Below are positions 26,074 to 35,531 of a DNA stretch of 64,000 nt, in pieces. The position numbers and the translations under genes are program-made. The stretch spans positions 3,038 to 67,037 of the forward strand of contig DATFSM010000025.1 of NCBI GenBank assembly GCA_035262625.1, in the 5' to 3' direction. The stretch's first letter is position 1. Every line of letters starts with the position of its first letter. Origin of the DNA: Bryobacteraceae bacterium (lineage in GTDB: Bacteria; Acidobacteriota; Terriglobia; Bryobacterales; Bryobacteraceae). The notes beneath the pieces were generated by a model, which did not search any database, had not been told where the DNA came from, and worked only from the letters and a program-made list of their open reading frames with translations.

Positions 26074-27108
26074 ATGAAGCGAGGCGGCTATTTGAATCGA
26101 AGTTGGTCGTTGGGATTTGTTCTCATGACGGGCGTGCTCGCTGCGCGTGCGCAGGACCCCGCCACGATCCGGGTTCCAGTAAGAGTCGTCGAGGTCCCGA
26201 CCGTCGTTACGTCAAGCGACGGACGCTTTATCCGGGATCTCCAGTCCGCGGACTTCTCGGTATTGGACAATGAACGGCGGCAATCGGCGCGCCTCGACTA
26301 TGTAACAGGCGCACTGTCTCTTGCCGTCATCATCCAGACGAACGACGCGGTGCGGACCTGGCTTCCATCCGTCCGTCGGACCGCAAGCATCTTTGAAGGA
26401 TTGTTGATGGGCCGCGAGGGCGAAGCAGCGGTCATAACAGTCAGTGACGACGTGAAAGTCGTTCAGCCTTTCACCTCCGATTCAGCGCGGATCGACGATG
26501 CGTTTCGCTCGCTGGCGCCATCGGGCTCGCAATACCGTTGCCTGGATGCGATCGACGCGGCCGCGGATCTCCTTATGAAGGCGCACCCCGATGCGCGGCG
26601 AGTGATCCTGCTCATTGGGCAATCTTCCGATTACGGCAGTTCCAGCCGGTTGCGCGACGCGATCGAGAAGCTGGAGAAAAACAATATCGTTCTCTAGAGT
26701 CTCGCGATGCCGCAGGTGGGCCGCGACCTCATTGGAAGCACGGTAGCCGTCAAAAGCCCGGATGGCGTGTTCGCGGCTCATGACACCGGAATCATGGTGA
26801 GTCTCGATCTGGCGAAACTTGTCCCCGAGATCTATCGCAGCAACAAGGCGGCTTCGCGCAAGGATTGCGCGACCATCCTGTCGGCCGAAACCGGCGGCAA
26901 ACGCATCCCGTTCCGCAAGCTCAAGGATTTCGAGACAGGCATCTCGACAATCGGCGAGGAACTCCATACCGGCTACGTTCTGAGCTACTCGCCGGACCGG
27001 TATGACCCCGGATACCACCGCATCCGAGTCGACGTGGATCACTCAGGCGCGGTCGTTCGGTCGCGTCCCGGGTACTTCGTGCCCGAGGCTGATACCGCAG
27101 CCCGGTAA
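26074..27108 (+). pseudogene. VWFA-related Acidobacterial-domain gene interrupted by one in-frame TAG (26695-26697)
   Basis: ORFs 26074..26697 and 26707..27108 are in one frame. The N-terminal part carries the vWA half and the C-terminal part carries the family tail (ETGGKRIPF, YVLSYSP, GYHRIRVDV, RPGYF). The paralogue at 49606..50556 has Tyr where this copy has the stop. Confidence 0.7.
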
Positions 27109-27162
27109 GCTCTTCTCAACCCGAACCCTATAATCGAAATATCCCCCTTTTAAAGGACTTCT

Positions 27163-29802
27163 GTGACCGGCAACGAGATACGCCAGCGCTTCCTAGACTT
27201 CTTCCATGCCCGCAGTCATCGCATCGTGCGGTCGGGCTCGCTTGTGCCCGCGAACGATCCCACTCTGCTCTTCACCAACGCAGGCATGAACCAGTTCAAA
27301 GAGGTGTTTCAGGGTCTCGAGAAGCGTGACTATTCCCGCGCCACGACGTCGCAGAAATGCGTCCGCGCCGGCGGGAAGCACAATGATCTCGAAAACGTCG
27401 GTTACACGCGGCGTCATCACACCTTCTTCGAGATGCTGGGCAATTTTTCGTTCGGCGATTACTTCAAAGCCGAAGCGATCGAATATGCCTGGGACCTGAT
27501 CACGAAGGATTATGGGCTTCCGAAAGACAAGCTCTACGTCACGGTTTTTCGTGAAGACGACGAGGCCGAGCGATTGTGGCAAGAGGTGGCCGGAGTTCCC
27601 AAAGAGCGAATCTTCCGACTCGACGAAAAAGACAATTTCTGGCAGATGGGCGACACGGGTCCGTGCGGACCCTGTTCCGAGATTCATTACGACCTCGGCC
27701 CCGAGGCCGCCGAGCCCGGACGCGAGGACGAACAGTTTCCGCTGGATGGCGGCGGCCGTTTCGTCGAAATCTGGAATCTCGTTTTTATGCAGTACAACCG
27801 GGATTCCGCGGGTACGCTGACTCCACTTCCCCGCCCTTCGATCGATACGGGCATGGGACTCGAGCGTATCGCTGCTGTGCTGCAAGGGAAGATATCGAAC
27901 TACGACACAGACCTGATTCGTCCGATCATCGATCGCGCGGGGGAACTCTGCGGAGTTGCTTATGGATCAGGAGAGCGTACGGACACGGCGCTGCGCATTA
28001 ACGCCGATCACGCCCGCGCGACGGCTTTCCTGATTCACGACGGCGTGCTTCCTTCGAACGAGGGACGCGGCTACGTGCTGCGCAAGATTATGCGGCGCGC
28101 CATGCGTCATGCGCGACTCATCGGAAAACAGGATCCGTACCTTTACGAACTGACCGGTTTTGTAGCCGAACTGATGCGGCCGGCCTATCCCGAACTGATG
28201 GAATCGGTGCAGCGAGTGGCGCGCATCGTCAAAGACGAAGAGCACCGCTACGCGACGACTTTCCTTGTCGCGGAAAAAGTCTTTACCGACGAGTTGGCGA
28301 CTCTCACGTCGAAAACCATTCCCGGTCCCGTTTCATTCAAGCTCTACGACACCTACGGGCTGGCTCTCGATGAACAAGAGGAGATGGCCCGCGAACGCGG
28401 CTATGAAATCGACCGCGACGCTTTCGAAACCGAGATGCAACGCCAGCGCGAACGCGCCCGGGCAAGTTGGAAAGGCGGCGAAAAGGGGACGATCGCTCCG
28501 GCTTATCAGCACCTTCTACAAAAGGGCCGCACGCGCTTTCTCGGATACGACAATCTCGACGCCACATCGACCGTTACCGGGCTGCTGCTCAACCGGGAAC
28601 TCGTCGACCGGCTCGAACCGGGAGCCGAAGCCGAACTGGTTCTCGATCAGACGCCCTTTTACGCCGAAACCGGCGGCCAGGTCGGGGATCACGGCGCGTT
28701 GCTGAACGCGCATACCGGTGAGCGCGTCGCGACTGTGATCGACACCTATCCCGCCGTGCCTGGCTTGACGGTTCATAAAATCCAGCCGCTTCAGCCGATC
28801 CATCCCGGAGACGAACTCCGTTCCGAGGTCGCCGCGCCCGAACGCCTCTCCACGCAGCGGAATCACACGGCGACCCACCTTCTTCAGGCAGCCCTGCGCC
28901 AGGTTCTCGGCACGCACGTGAAACAGGCCGGCAGCGTCGTGGAACCGCCGCGTCTTCGCTTCGATTTCACGCACTACGCCGCTCTCGATCAGGCCGAAAT
29001 CGGCGAGATCGAACGCATCGTGAACGATCAGATTCTGCGCAACACGCAGGTATCCACGAAGATCATGCCGATCGACGAAGCGATCTCCTCCGGCGCCATG
29101 GCTCTGTTCGGAGAGAAATACGGCGAAGAAGTTCGCGTGGTTTCCGTCTCGGATTTCAGCAGGGAATTGTGCGGCGGCACGCACGTCTCACGCACCGGCG
29201 ATATCGGGGTGTTCAAGATCACTTCGGAGAGCAGCATCTCGGCGGGCGTGCGGCGCATCGAGGCCATCACGGGCGAAGCGGCCGTGCATCAGTATCAGCA
29301 GACCACCGACGCGATTCATCGAATCGCGAACATGCTCCGCGTGTCCGAGCCCGAACTTGTCGCGCAGGTCGAGCGCATTCTGGAGGAAAGACGCGTCCAG
29401 GAACGCCAGGTAGAAGTTCTGAAGACCAAAATCGCGCAGTCGCTGGCCCGCGATCTCGATTCCAAAGCAAAGGACAAGAACGGCGCGCGCTATCTGGTCG
29501 CGCAGGTCGACGGCCTCGACCGTCAGCAAATGCGCGCACTCGCGGACACGCTGCGGAATAAATGGAAATCCGCCGCCGTGGTGCTCGCTTCGGCTGAAGA
29601 TGGCGGCGTTTCGATCGTCGCCGCCGTCACGCAGGACCTCACTAAGAAACTCCAGGCCGGCAATCTCGTCCGCAGCCTCGCGCAGGCTGTCGGAGGAAAA
29701 GGCGGGGGACGACCCGATATGGCGGAAGGCGGCGGCAAAGATCCGTCCGCTTTGCCTCAGGCGCTCGCCGCCGTCTCCGCGGAGATTGAGACCAAACTGT
29801 GA
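27163..29802 (+). CDS. alaS: alanine--tRNA ligase
   Basis: FTNAGMNQFK, KHNDLENVG.T.RHHTFFEMLGNFSFGDYFK, the editing-domain HTATHLL, and a C-terminal DHHA1 region (GGGRPDMAEGG). GTG start. Confidence 0.97.
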   Translation: MTGNEIRQRFLDFFHARSHRIVRSGSLVPANDPTLLFTNAGMNQFKEVFQGLEKRDYSRATTSQKCVRAGGKHNDLENVGYTRRHHTFFEMLGNFSFGDYFKAEAIEYAWDLITKDYGLPKDKLYVTVFREDDEAERLWQEVAGVPKERIFRLDEKDNFWQMGDTGPCGPCSEIHYDLGPEAAEPGREDEQFPLDGGGRFVEIWNLVFMQYNRDSAGTLTPLPRPSIDTGMGLERIAAVLQGKISNYDTDLIRPIIDRAGELCGVAYGSGERTDTALRINADHARATAFLIHDGVLPSNEGRGYVLRKIMRRAMRHARLIGKQDPYLYELTGFVAELMRPAYPELMESVQRVARIVKDEEHRYATTFLVAEKVFTDELATLTSKTIPGPVSFKLYDTYGLALDEQEEMARERGYEIDRDAFETEMQRQRERARASWKGGEKGTIAPAYQHLLQKGRTRFLGYDNLDATSTVTGLLLNRELVDRLEPGAEAELVLDQTPFYAETGGQVGDHGALLNAHTGERVATVIDTYPAVPGLTVHKIQPLQPIHPGDELRSEVAAPERLSTQRNHTATHLLQAALRQVLGTHVKQAGSVVEPPRLRFDFTHYAALDQAEIGEIERIVNDQILRNTQVSTKIMPIDEAISSGAMALFGEKYGEEVRVVSVSDFSRELCGGTHVSRTGDIGVFKITSESSISAGVRRIEAITGEAAVHQYQQTTDAIHRIANMLRVSEPELVAQVERILEERRVQERQVEVLKTKIAQSLARDLDSKAKDKNGARYLVAQVDGLDRQQMRALADTLRNKWKSAAVVLASAEDGGVSIVAAVTQDLTKKLQAGNLVRSLAQAVGGKGGGRPDMAEGGGKDPSALPQALAAVSAEIETKL

Positions 29803-30767
29803 AGACCGGTTACGACGCCATTGTCATCGGCGCCGGGCCGACGGGACTCGCCTGCGGCATTGAACTGAAGCGGCGCGATGTGGACGCGCTGATCATCGAC
29901 AAAGGCTGCGTCGTTAACTCGCTGTACCATTACCCGACTCACATGACGTTCTTCACCACTCCGGAACTCCTGGAGATTGGTGACATACCGATGACAAGCC
30001 TCAACGAGAAGCCCACACGCACGGAGGCTCTCAAGTACTATCGCCGCGTCGCCGAACACTACAAGCTGAACATTCATCAATACGAACGCGTTAATGCCAT
30101 TGAGGGAGACGACAACGCCTTCTCCGTTCTGACGGACCGCTGCGTTTATTCAGCGAAGAAGATCGTCATCGCAAGCGGGTACTACGACGTTCCAAACCTG
30201 CTGAATGTACCGGGCGAGGAATTGCCGAAGGTCATTCATTACTACAAGGAAGCACACCCTTATTACGATCACGACGTAATCGTCGTCGGCGCCAAGAACT
30301 CAGCCGCTATAGCGGCGCTTGAGCTTTACTGGACAGGCGCGCGCGTTACGCTGGTCCACCGCGGCGCAGGTATTCATCACCACGTTAAGTACTGGATCAA
30401 ACCAAATATCGAAAATCGGGTGAAAAATGGCGAAATAAAGGCGTTTTTTAATTCGCAGATTGTTGACGTCCGACGATCGTCAGTCGCGCTGGTCACGCCC
30501 GCCGGCGAAGTCGAAATCCGCAATGATTTTGTCTTTGCGATGACGGGATATAGTCCCGACTTAAAATTCCTTAATAAAACTGGTATCGAGCTGGATCCAG
30601 TTACACAGAAACCTCGTACCGACCCTTCCACGCTTGAGAGCGCCCGGAAAGGCGTTTTCCTCGCCGGCGTAATCGTCGCCGGCATGCATACAAACGAGAT
30701 ATTCATCGAGAACGGCCGTTTCCACGGCCACCAAATCGCTCAGGCAATAGCCACTCAACTCCGCTAA
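29799..30767 (+). CDS. ypdA: YpdA-family FAD-dependent (putative bacillithiol) disulfide reductase
   Basis: Near-colinear with B. subtilis YpdA as I recall it: IIGAGPTGL, NSLYHYPTHMTFF, NDFVFAMTGYSPD..FL and NEIFIENGRFHG. GTGA overlap with the alaS stop. Confidence 0.85.
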   Translation: MKTGYDAIVIGAGPTGLACGIELKRRDVDALIIDKGCVVNSLYHYPTHMTFFTTPELLEIGDIPMTSLNEKPTRTEALKYYRRVAEHYKLNIHQYERVNAIEGDDNAFSVLTDRCVYSAKKIVIASGYYDVPNLLNVPGEELPKVIHYYKEAHPYYDHDVIVVGAKNSAAIAALELYWTGARVTLVHRGAGIHHHVKYWIKPNIENRVKNGEIKAFFNSQIVDVRRSSVALVTPAGEVEIRNDFVFAMTGYSPDLKFLNKTGIELDPVTQKPRTDPSTLESARKGVFLAGVIVAGMHTNEIFIENGRFHGHQIAQAIATQLR

Positions 30768-30866
30768 GTACTGGGCAATACCCGAACAGTACCCCCTGGT
30801 ATGGCAATTGCAGTAACGCAACCGACGGTCGGAACACTGAATCAATTGAAGTGGAGACGGTTGGAA

Positions 30867-31097
30867 ATGCTAAACTCGCTGCTCAATGCAATGTTCGGTT
30901 GCTCTCATAAGAGAACAACTTTTCCCATTACTCCTGCGCGCCGCTCGCAAATGTCGGGTGACGCTTCGCGCCGCGGAACCTACGTAGTCTGCCTCGATTG
31001 CGGCAAAGAGTTCGATTATGACTGGAAGGACATGAAGATCAGTCCGGTCATCATGAAGCCCGCGTCGGCTCCATCGCTCACCGCCATTTCGCGGTAA
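30867..31097 (+). CDS. small Cys/His-motif (zinc-ribbon-like) hypothetical protein
   Basis: The ATG at 30867 (GGAG 11 nt upstream) gives MLNSLLNAMFGCSHKRTTFPIT...YVVCLDCGKEFDYDW, containing C-x-H ... C-x2-C. A longer ATG at 30801 is possible. Confidence 0.5.
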   Translation: MLNSLLNAMFGCSHKRTTFPITPARRSQMSGDASRRGTYVVCLDCGKEFDYDWKDMKISPVIMKPASAPSLTAISR

Positions 31098-31120
31098 CGT
31101 CAAAATTCAAAGCTGTTCCT

Positions 31121-31152
31121 GCCCGACCGCCCCTTATGGAGAGCGGTCGGGC
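31121..31152. terminator. bidirectional stem-loop between convergent genes
   Basis: GCCCGACCGC (31121-31130) pairs perfectly with GCGGTCGGGC (31143-31152) across a 12-nt loop. The T-rich GTTTT follows shortly after on the + strand. Confidence 0.55.
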
Positions 31153-31177
31153 CACACTTAGTTTTAGACACCGTCGT

Positions 31178-31348
31178 CTAAACGACACTGCGGCCGCGGA
31201 AGAAGTGAATAATTAAACTTACTGCCGCGATAATCAGGAGCAGGTGAATCGCGCCGCCGGTGATATGAAACGCCGCCCACGCGAGCAGCCAGCCAATCAG
31301 AAGTACAAAAAACAGAATCACAAAAATAAAATCCGCAATTACCCGCAT
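31178..31348 (-). CDS. lmo0937-family (DUF5670-like) small membrane protein, 56 aa
   Basis: Not in the ORF track (below 60 aa). Hand translation gives MRVIADFIFVILFFVLLIGWLLAWAAFHITGGAIHLLLIIAAVSLIIHFFRGRSVV*. The two-helix layout with a G.IHLLL core and a GR.. tail matches the family. Confidence 0.7.
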   Translation of the reverse strand: MRVIADFIFVILFFVLLIGWLLAWAAFHITGGAIHLLLIIAAVSLIIHFFRGRSVV

Positions 31349-31413
31349 CCTGCCTTCTCGCGGCGGAGGGGAGCAGTTGAGGCGCCAAATGGGCTCTCTT
31401 AAACTGGTACTTC

Positions 31414-33069
31414 ATGCGGATCGCGCTGGGCCAGATTAACCCCACGGTCGGCGGCATTCCCGGCAATCTGGAGCTATGCGTTGATTTCGCGGGCCGGGCG
31501 GCTGCGCGGAAAGCCGACCTCATCGTGTTCCCCGAACTCGCGCTGACGGGCTATCCGCCGCGCGATCTGGTACAGAAGCGCGGCTTCATTGAGCGCTCCG
31601 AGGCCGCCGTCGAAAAGCTCGCCGCCGCCACGAAAGACCTCCCTCTCGCCATCATCGCCGGCTATGCCGGGCGTTCCCCGTCGAATGCGGGGAAGCAGGC
31701 GACCAACTGCGCCGCGATTGTCCGATCAGGAACAGTTCTGCTTCGGCAGGTGAAGATGTTGCTGCCGACTTACGACGTATTCGATGAGGAGCGCAACTTC
31801 GTTCCCGGGGAGCGGCAGACGATTTGGAAGGCCGAACACGACGACATAGCCTTGACCATCTGCGAGGACGCCTGGAACGATAAGGAATTCTGGCCGCGGC
31901 CGCTCTATCCGCGCGACCCCGTAAGCGAACTGATGCAGCAGGGCGCCAGCATGCTGATCAGCATCAACGCTTCTCCTTATTACCAGGACAAGCGGCGGTT
32001 GCGGCACGACATGTTCCGCGCCATCGCCCATCGCTACGGCGTTCCGGTAATCGTGGTCAACCAGGTGGGCGGCAACGATCAGGTGGTGTTCGACGGATCG
32101 AGCTTCGTGATGGACCGAACCGGGAATGTAATCGCGTCCGCCGCATCGTTTCGCGAAGATCTGGTAATCGCCGATACAGCGACTGGCGAGGGCGATCACA
32201 ATGAGGATTTGCCGCACGAATGTGAAGCCATGTATGAGGCGCTCGTACTGGGCACGCGCGACTACATTCGCAAGTGCGGATTTCGCAAAGTGCTCATCGG
32301 CCTGAGCGGCGGCATCGATTCGTCTCTGACCGCGGCGATCGCGGTCGATGCCATTGGCCGCGAGAATGTTCACGGCGTCGGAATGCCCGGGCCTTTCTCT
32401 TCCGATCACAGCATTTCCGACGCGCGCGAGATGGCGCGCCGCCTCGGTATTCAGTTCGATCTCGTTTCGATCACCAGCGCTTATGAAGAGATGCTGCGTA
32501 CGCTGAAGCCCGTCTTCGGCGGCCGCGCCTCCGATGTAACGGAAGAAAACATCCAGTCCCGTCTGCGCGGGCTCACGCTGATGTCCTTGTCGAACAAGTT
32601 CGGCGCGCTGGTTCTGACGACCGGTAACAAGAGTGAGATATCCGTCGGATACTGTACTCTCTACGGCGACATGTGCGGCGGTCTTGCGGTCATAAGCGAC
32701 GTTCCGAAGACGCTGGTCTACGAGCTTTCGCGAGTCGCCAACCGGCGGCGCAACAACGCCATTCCCGAATCCGTTTTCGTGAAGCCACCGTCCGCCGAAT
32801 TGCGGCCGGACCAGAAGGACAGCGATTCCCTCCCGCCCTATGACGTGCTCGACGCTATTCTGCGCCTCTACGTGGAGGACTTTCGCGGCGTCCGCGAAAT
32901 CGCCGAAGAGTTGCGTTTGCCGGTCGAGCTCGTACGCGACGTCGCGCTGAAGGTTGACCGCAATGAATACAAGCGCCAGCAGGCGGCGCCCGGATTGAAG
33001 GTCACATCCAAGGCCTTTGGCATCGGGCGCCGGTTCCCTATCGCCCAGAACTACGTGGAGAACGAATGA
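31414..33069 (+). CDS. nadE: glutamine-dependent NAD+ synthetase
   Basis: N-terminal nitrilase/CN-hydrolase domain (MRIALGQINPTVG...ICEDAW) plus a C-terminal synthetase domain (GLSGGIDSS). Confidence 0.95.
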   Translation: MRIALGQINPTVGGIPGNLELCVDFAGRAAARKADLIVFPELALTGYPPRDLVQKRGFIERSEAAVEKLAAATKDLPLAIIAGYAGRSPSNAGKQATNCAAIVRSGTVLLRQVKMLLPTYDVFDEERNFVPGERQTIWKAEHDDIALTICEDAWNDKEFWPRPLYPRDPVSELMQQGASMLISINASPYYQDKRRLRHDMFRAIAHRYGVPVIVVNQVGGNDQVVFDGSSFVMDRTGNVIASAASFREDLVIADTATGEGDHNEDLPHECEAMYEALVLGTRDYIRKCGFRKVLIGLSGGIDSSLTAAIAVDAIGRENVHGVGMPGPFSSDHSISDAREMARRLGIQFDLVSITSAYEEMLRTLKPVFGGRASDVTEENIQSRLRGLTLMSLSNKFGALVLTTGNKSEISVGYCTLYGDMCGGLAVISDVPKTLVYELSRVANRRRNNAIPESVFVKPPSAELRPDQKDSDSLPPYDVLDAILRLYVEDFRGVREIAEELRLPVELVRDVALKVDRNEYKRQQAAPGLKVTSKAFGIGRRFPIAQNYVENE

Positions 33070-35528
33070 ACATCCGAATTGCCCTTCCGATTCTGGCTCT
33101 TGGGTCTCTTGCGCTGATCTCGCAAACGTCGTCGCCGGAGCGCGTCGGGCTGATGTCCGACGGTGGGTTCCTCCTGAACAGCGGCTGGCGCATCAAACCC
33201 GCCGGCGCTCAGATTCCGGTGGAGAGCTTTCCGATGTCGACAGCGGTCACGCCGGATAAGAAGTATCTGCTGGTTCTGAACGGCGGATACAATCCGCCAA
33301 CGGTGAGCGTCATCGACATTACCGCCGCGAAGGAACTCAGCCGCACGCCGGTGCCCGACGGTTGGCTCGGACTCACGATGACGAAAGCCGGAGACCGCGT
33401 GTACGTGGGCGGCGGTTCCCGAGCAGCCGTGTACGAGTTCAGCTTCAGCGAAGGCGCGCTCAAGCCGTCGCGAGTGTTTCCGGTGGTGGCGGAAAAAGAT
33501 CGAAAGCCAGAGGATTTCATCGGCGATGTGCAACTGGCGCCGGACGGCCATCTGCTTTACGCCGCGGACCTGTATCACGATTCCGTCGTCGTGATTAACC
33601 CTCAGTCCGGATATCTGCTCTCGCGCGTCAAAACCGGACGCCGGCCTTACCGAATCGTGTTCCATCCCGACGGAAAGAGCTTCTACGTTTCGAGCTGGAC
33701 GGACGGATCGATCGGCCGCTACGACGTGGCGTCGGGCCAGCGCCTTTCCCTCACTCGCGTGGCGCCCCACACGACCGACATGGTTTGGAACGACGGTGAG
33801 GTAGAAGACCACCCCGACATTAAGGCCCGACTGTTCATCTCCGCCAGCAACACGAATAGCGTGTATTCGCTGGGCGTAAACGAATCGGGGGATCTGTCTC
33901 AACTCGAAAGCATCAACTTGTCGCTTACGCCGCGTCAGCCGCTTGGGATGACTCCCAGCGGTCTGGGAGTCAGCGCCGACGGAAAGAAACTGTTCGTTGC
34001 CTGCGCGGACGCCAACACCGCCGCAATCGTTGATATCTCGGGCGAGCGTAGCCGCGTCGAGGGCTTCGTGCCCACAGGCTGGTACCCGACCGCGGCGTTT
34101 GGCCTTCCGGACGGGCGCATCGGCGTTCTGAACGGCCGTGGGCTTCGGTCATTCGCGAATCCGCGTGGACCGAATCCGCTGGTGCGCACGGAACCGGTAC
34201 ATGAAGGAGTGCCGGCTGTCGAATACGTCGGCCGCATTCAGCGCGGCACGGTCCAGTTTGTCGATTTTCCCGACGACACGGCGATTCGGAACTACACCGC
34301 TGAGGTCCTCGCCAACTCGCCGTATCGTGACGAGAAGCTTGACGACCCCGGCGCGCCGGAGGGAAGCGTCGTTCGCGCGGGCGGCCCCATTAAGCACGTG
34401 ATCTACATCGTGAAAGAGAACCGCACATATGACCAGGTGCTCGGCGACGTCAAGGAAGGCAACGGCGACCCGAACCTGGTAATGTTCGGCGAAAAGGTCA
34501 CGCCGAACCTGCACAAGATCGCCCACGAATTCGTGCTGCTCGACAACTTCTACGTGAACTCCGACGTGAGCGCGGACGGCCAGAACTGGGCTACGGCCGC
34601 CATTGCGCCGGACTACACGCAGCGCATGTGGCCGAACAGCTACGCTGGACGCCGCAAGACCTACGACTATGAGGGCCAGGAGCCGACGAATGCGCCGCCC
34701 GCCGGATACATCTGGACCGCCGCCAAGCAGGCCGGCGTATCCATGCGCAACTACGGCTATTATGTGGACAATCGCAAGACGCCCGAGCCGGACGGAACGC
34801 AGATTACCTCGGTACGCGATCCGATCCTCGCTCCGGTAACGGATCCGAACTACCGTGGATTCGACCTCGATTATCCGGACGTCGAACGCGCCAAAGAGTT
34901 CATCAGCGAACTGCGCGATTTCGAAAAGGCGGGTTCCATGCCGCAGTTCCTGATCATGCGTATGGGCAACGACCACACGAACGGCGCCGCCGCCGGAAAG
35001 CTTTCGCCTCTATCCCTCGCAGCGGACAACGATCAGGGCATCGGGATGCTCGTCGATGCCGTGTCCAAGAGCCGCTTCTGGAACGAGACCGCCATCTTCA
35101 TAGTTGAAGACGACGCGCAGAACGGGCCCGATCACGTGGATTCCCACCGATCGCCCTGCTGGGTCATTTCGCCGTGGGTCAGGCGCGGCACAGTCAACAG
35201 CACGATGTACAACCAGGAATCGGTCCTGCGAACTATGGAGTTAATTCTCGGACTTCGCCCTTTGACTACCTATGACGCCGCGGCACGTCCCATGTTCGCG
35301 GTTTTCGGGACCACTGCCGGCGCGCAGCCCTTCTCCACCGAGAAGGCGCTCACGCCGCTCAACGTGCTGAATCCGCCGAATACCGCAGCGTCAATCCGCA
35401 CCAACAAGATGCGTTTTGACGATGCCGATGAAATCGATGACGACGAACTGAACGCGATTCTGTGGTCCGTCATCAAGGGGCCGGCGGCCCCGCTGCCCGT
35501 CCCGGTGGCGAGCCGGTTCTCGCACTAA
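33066..35528 (+). CDS. secreted YncE-like beta-propeller fused to a phosphoesterase (PLC/AcpA-type) domain
   Basis: Signal peptide present. Repeated propeller blades (YV..WTDGSI..YD). The C-terminal half has KHVIYIVKENRTYDQVLGD and FIVEDDAQNGPDHVDSHRS (phosphoesterase family). ATGA overlap with nadE. Confidence 0.8.
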   Translation: MNIRIALPILALGSLALISQTSSPERVGLMSDGGFLLNSGWRIKPAGAQIPVESFPMSTAVTPDKKYLLVLNGGYNPPTVSVIDITAAKELSRTPVPDGWLGLTMTKAGDRVYVGGGSRAAVYEFSFSEGALKPSRVFPVVAEKDRKPEDFIGDVQLAPDGHLLYAADLYHDSVVVINPQSGYLLSRVKTGRRPYRIVFHPDGKSFYVSSWTDGSIGRYDVASGQRLSLTRVAPHTTDMVWNDGEVEDHPDIKARLFISASNTNSVYSLGVNESGDLSQLESINLSLTPRQPLGMTPSGLGVSADGKKLFVACADANTAAIVDISGERSRVEGFVPTGWYPTAAFGLPDGRIGVLNGRGLRSFANPRGPNPLVRTEPVHEGVPAVEYVGRIQRGTVQFVDFPDDTAIRNYTAEVLANSPYRDEKLDDPGAPEGSVVRAGGPIKHVIYIVKENRTYDQVLGDVKEGNGDPNLVMFGEKVTPNLHKIAHEFVLLDNFYVNSDVSADGQNWATAAIAPDYTQRMWPNSYAGRRKTYDYEGQEPTNAPPAGYIWTAAKQAGVSMRNYGYYVDNRKTPEPDGTQITSVRDPILAPVTDPNYRGFDLDYPDVERAKEFISELRDFEKAGSMPQFLIMRMGNDHTNGAAAGKLSPLSLAADNDQGIGMLVDAVSKSRFWNETAIFIVEDDAQNGPDHVDSHRSPCWVISPWVRRGTVNSTMYNQESVLRTMELILGLRPLTTYDAAARPMFAVFGTTAGAQPFSTEKALTPLNVLNPPNTAASIRTNKMRFDDADEIDDDELNAILWSVIKGPAAPLPVPVASRFSH

Positions 35529-35531
35529 GAC

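Noticed and set aside
31164-31523. 119-aa ORF listed in the track
   Set aside because: Its composition is implausible, and it overlaps the nadE start and the spacer. A different frame of the same strand encodes a convincing 56-aa lmo0937-family protein.
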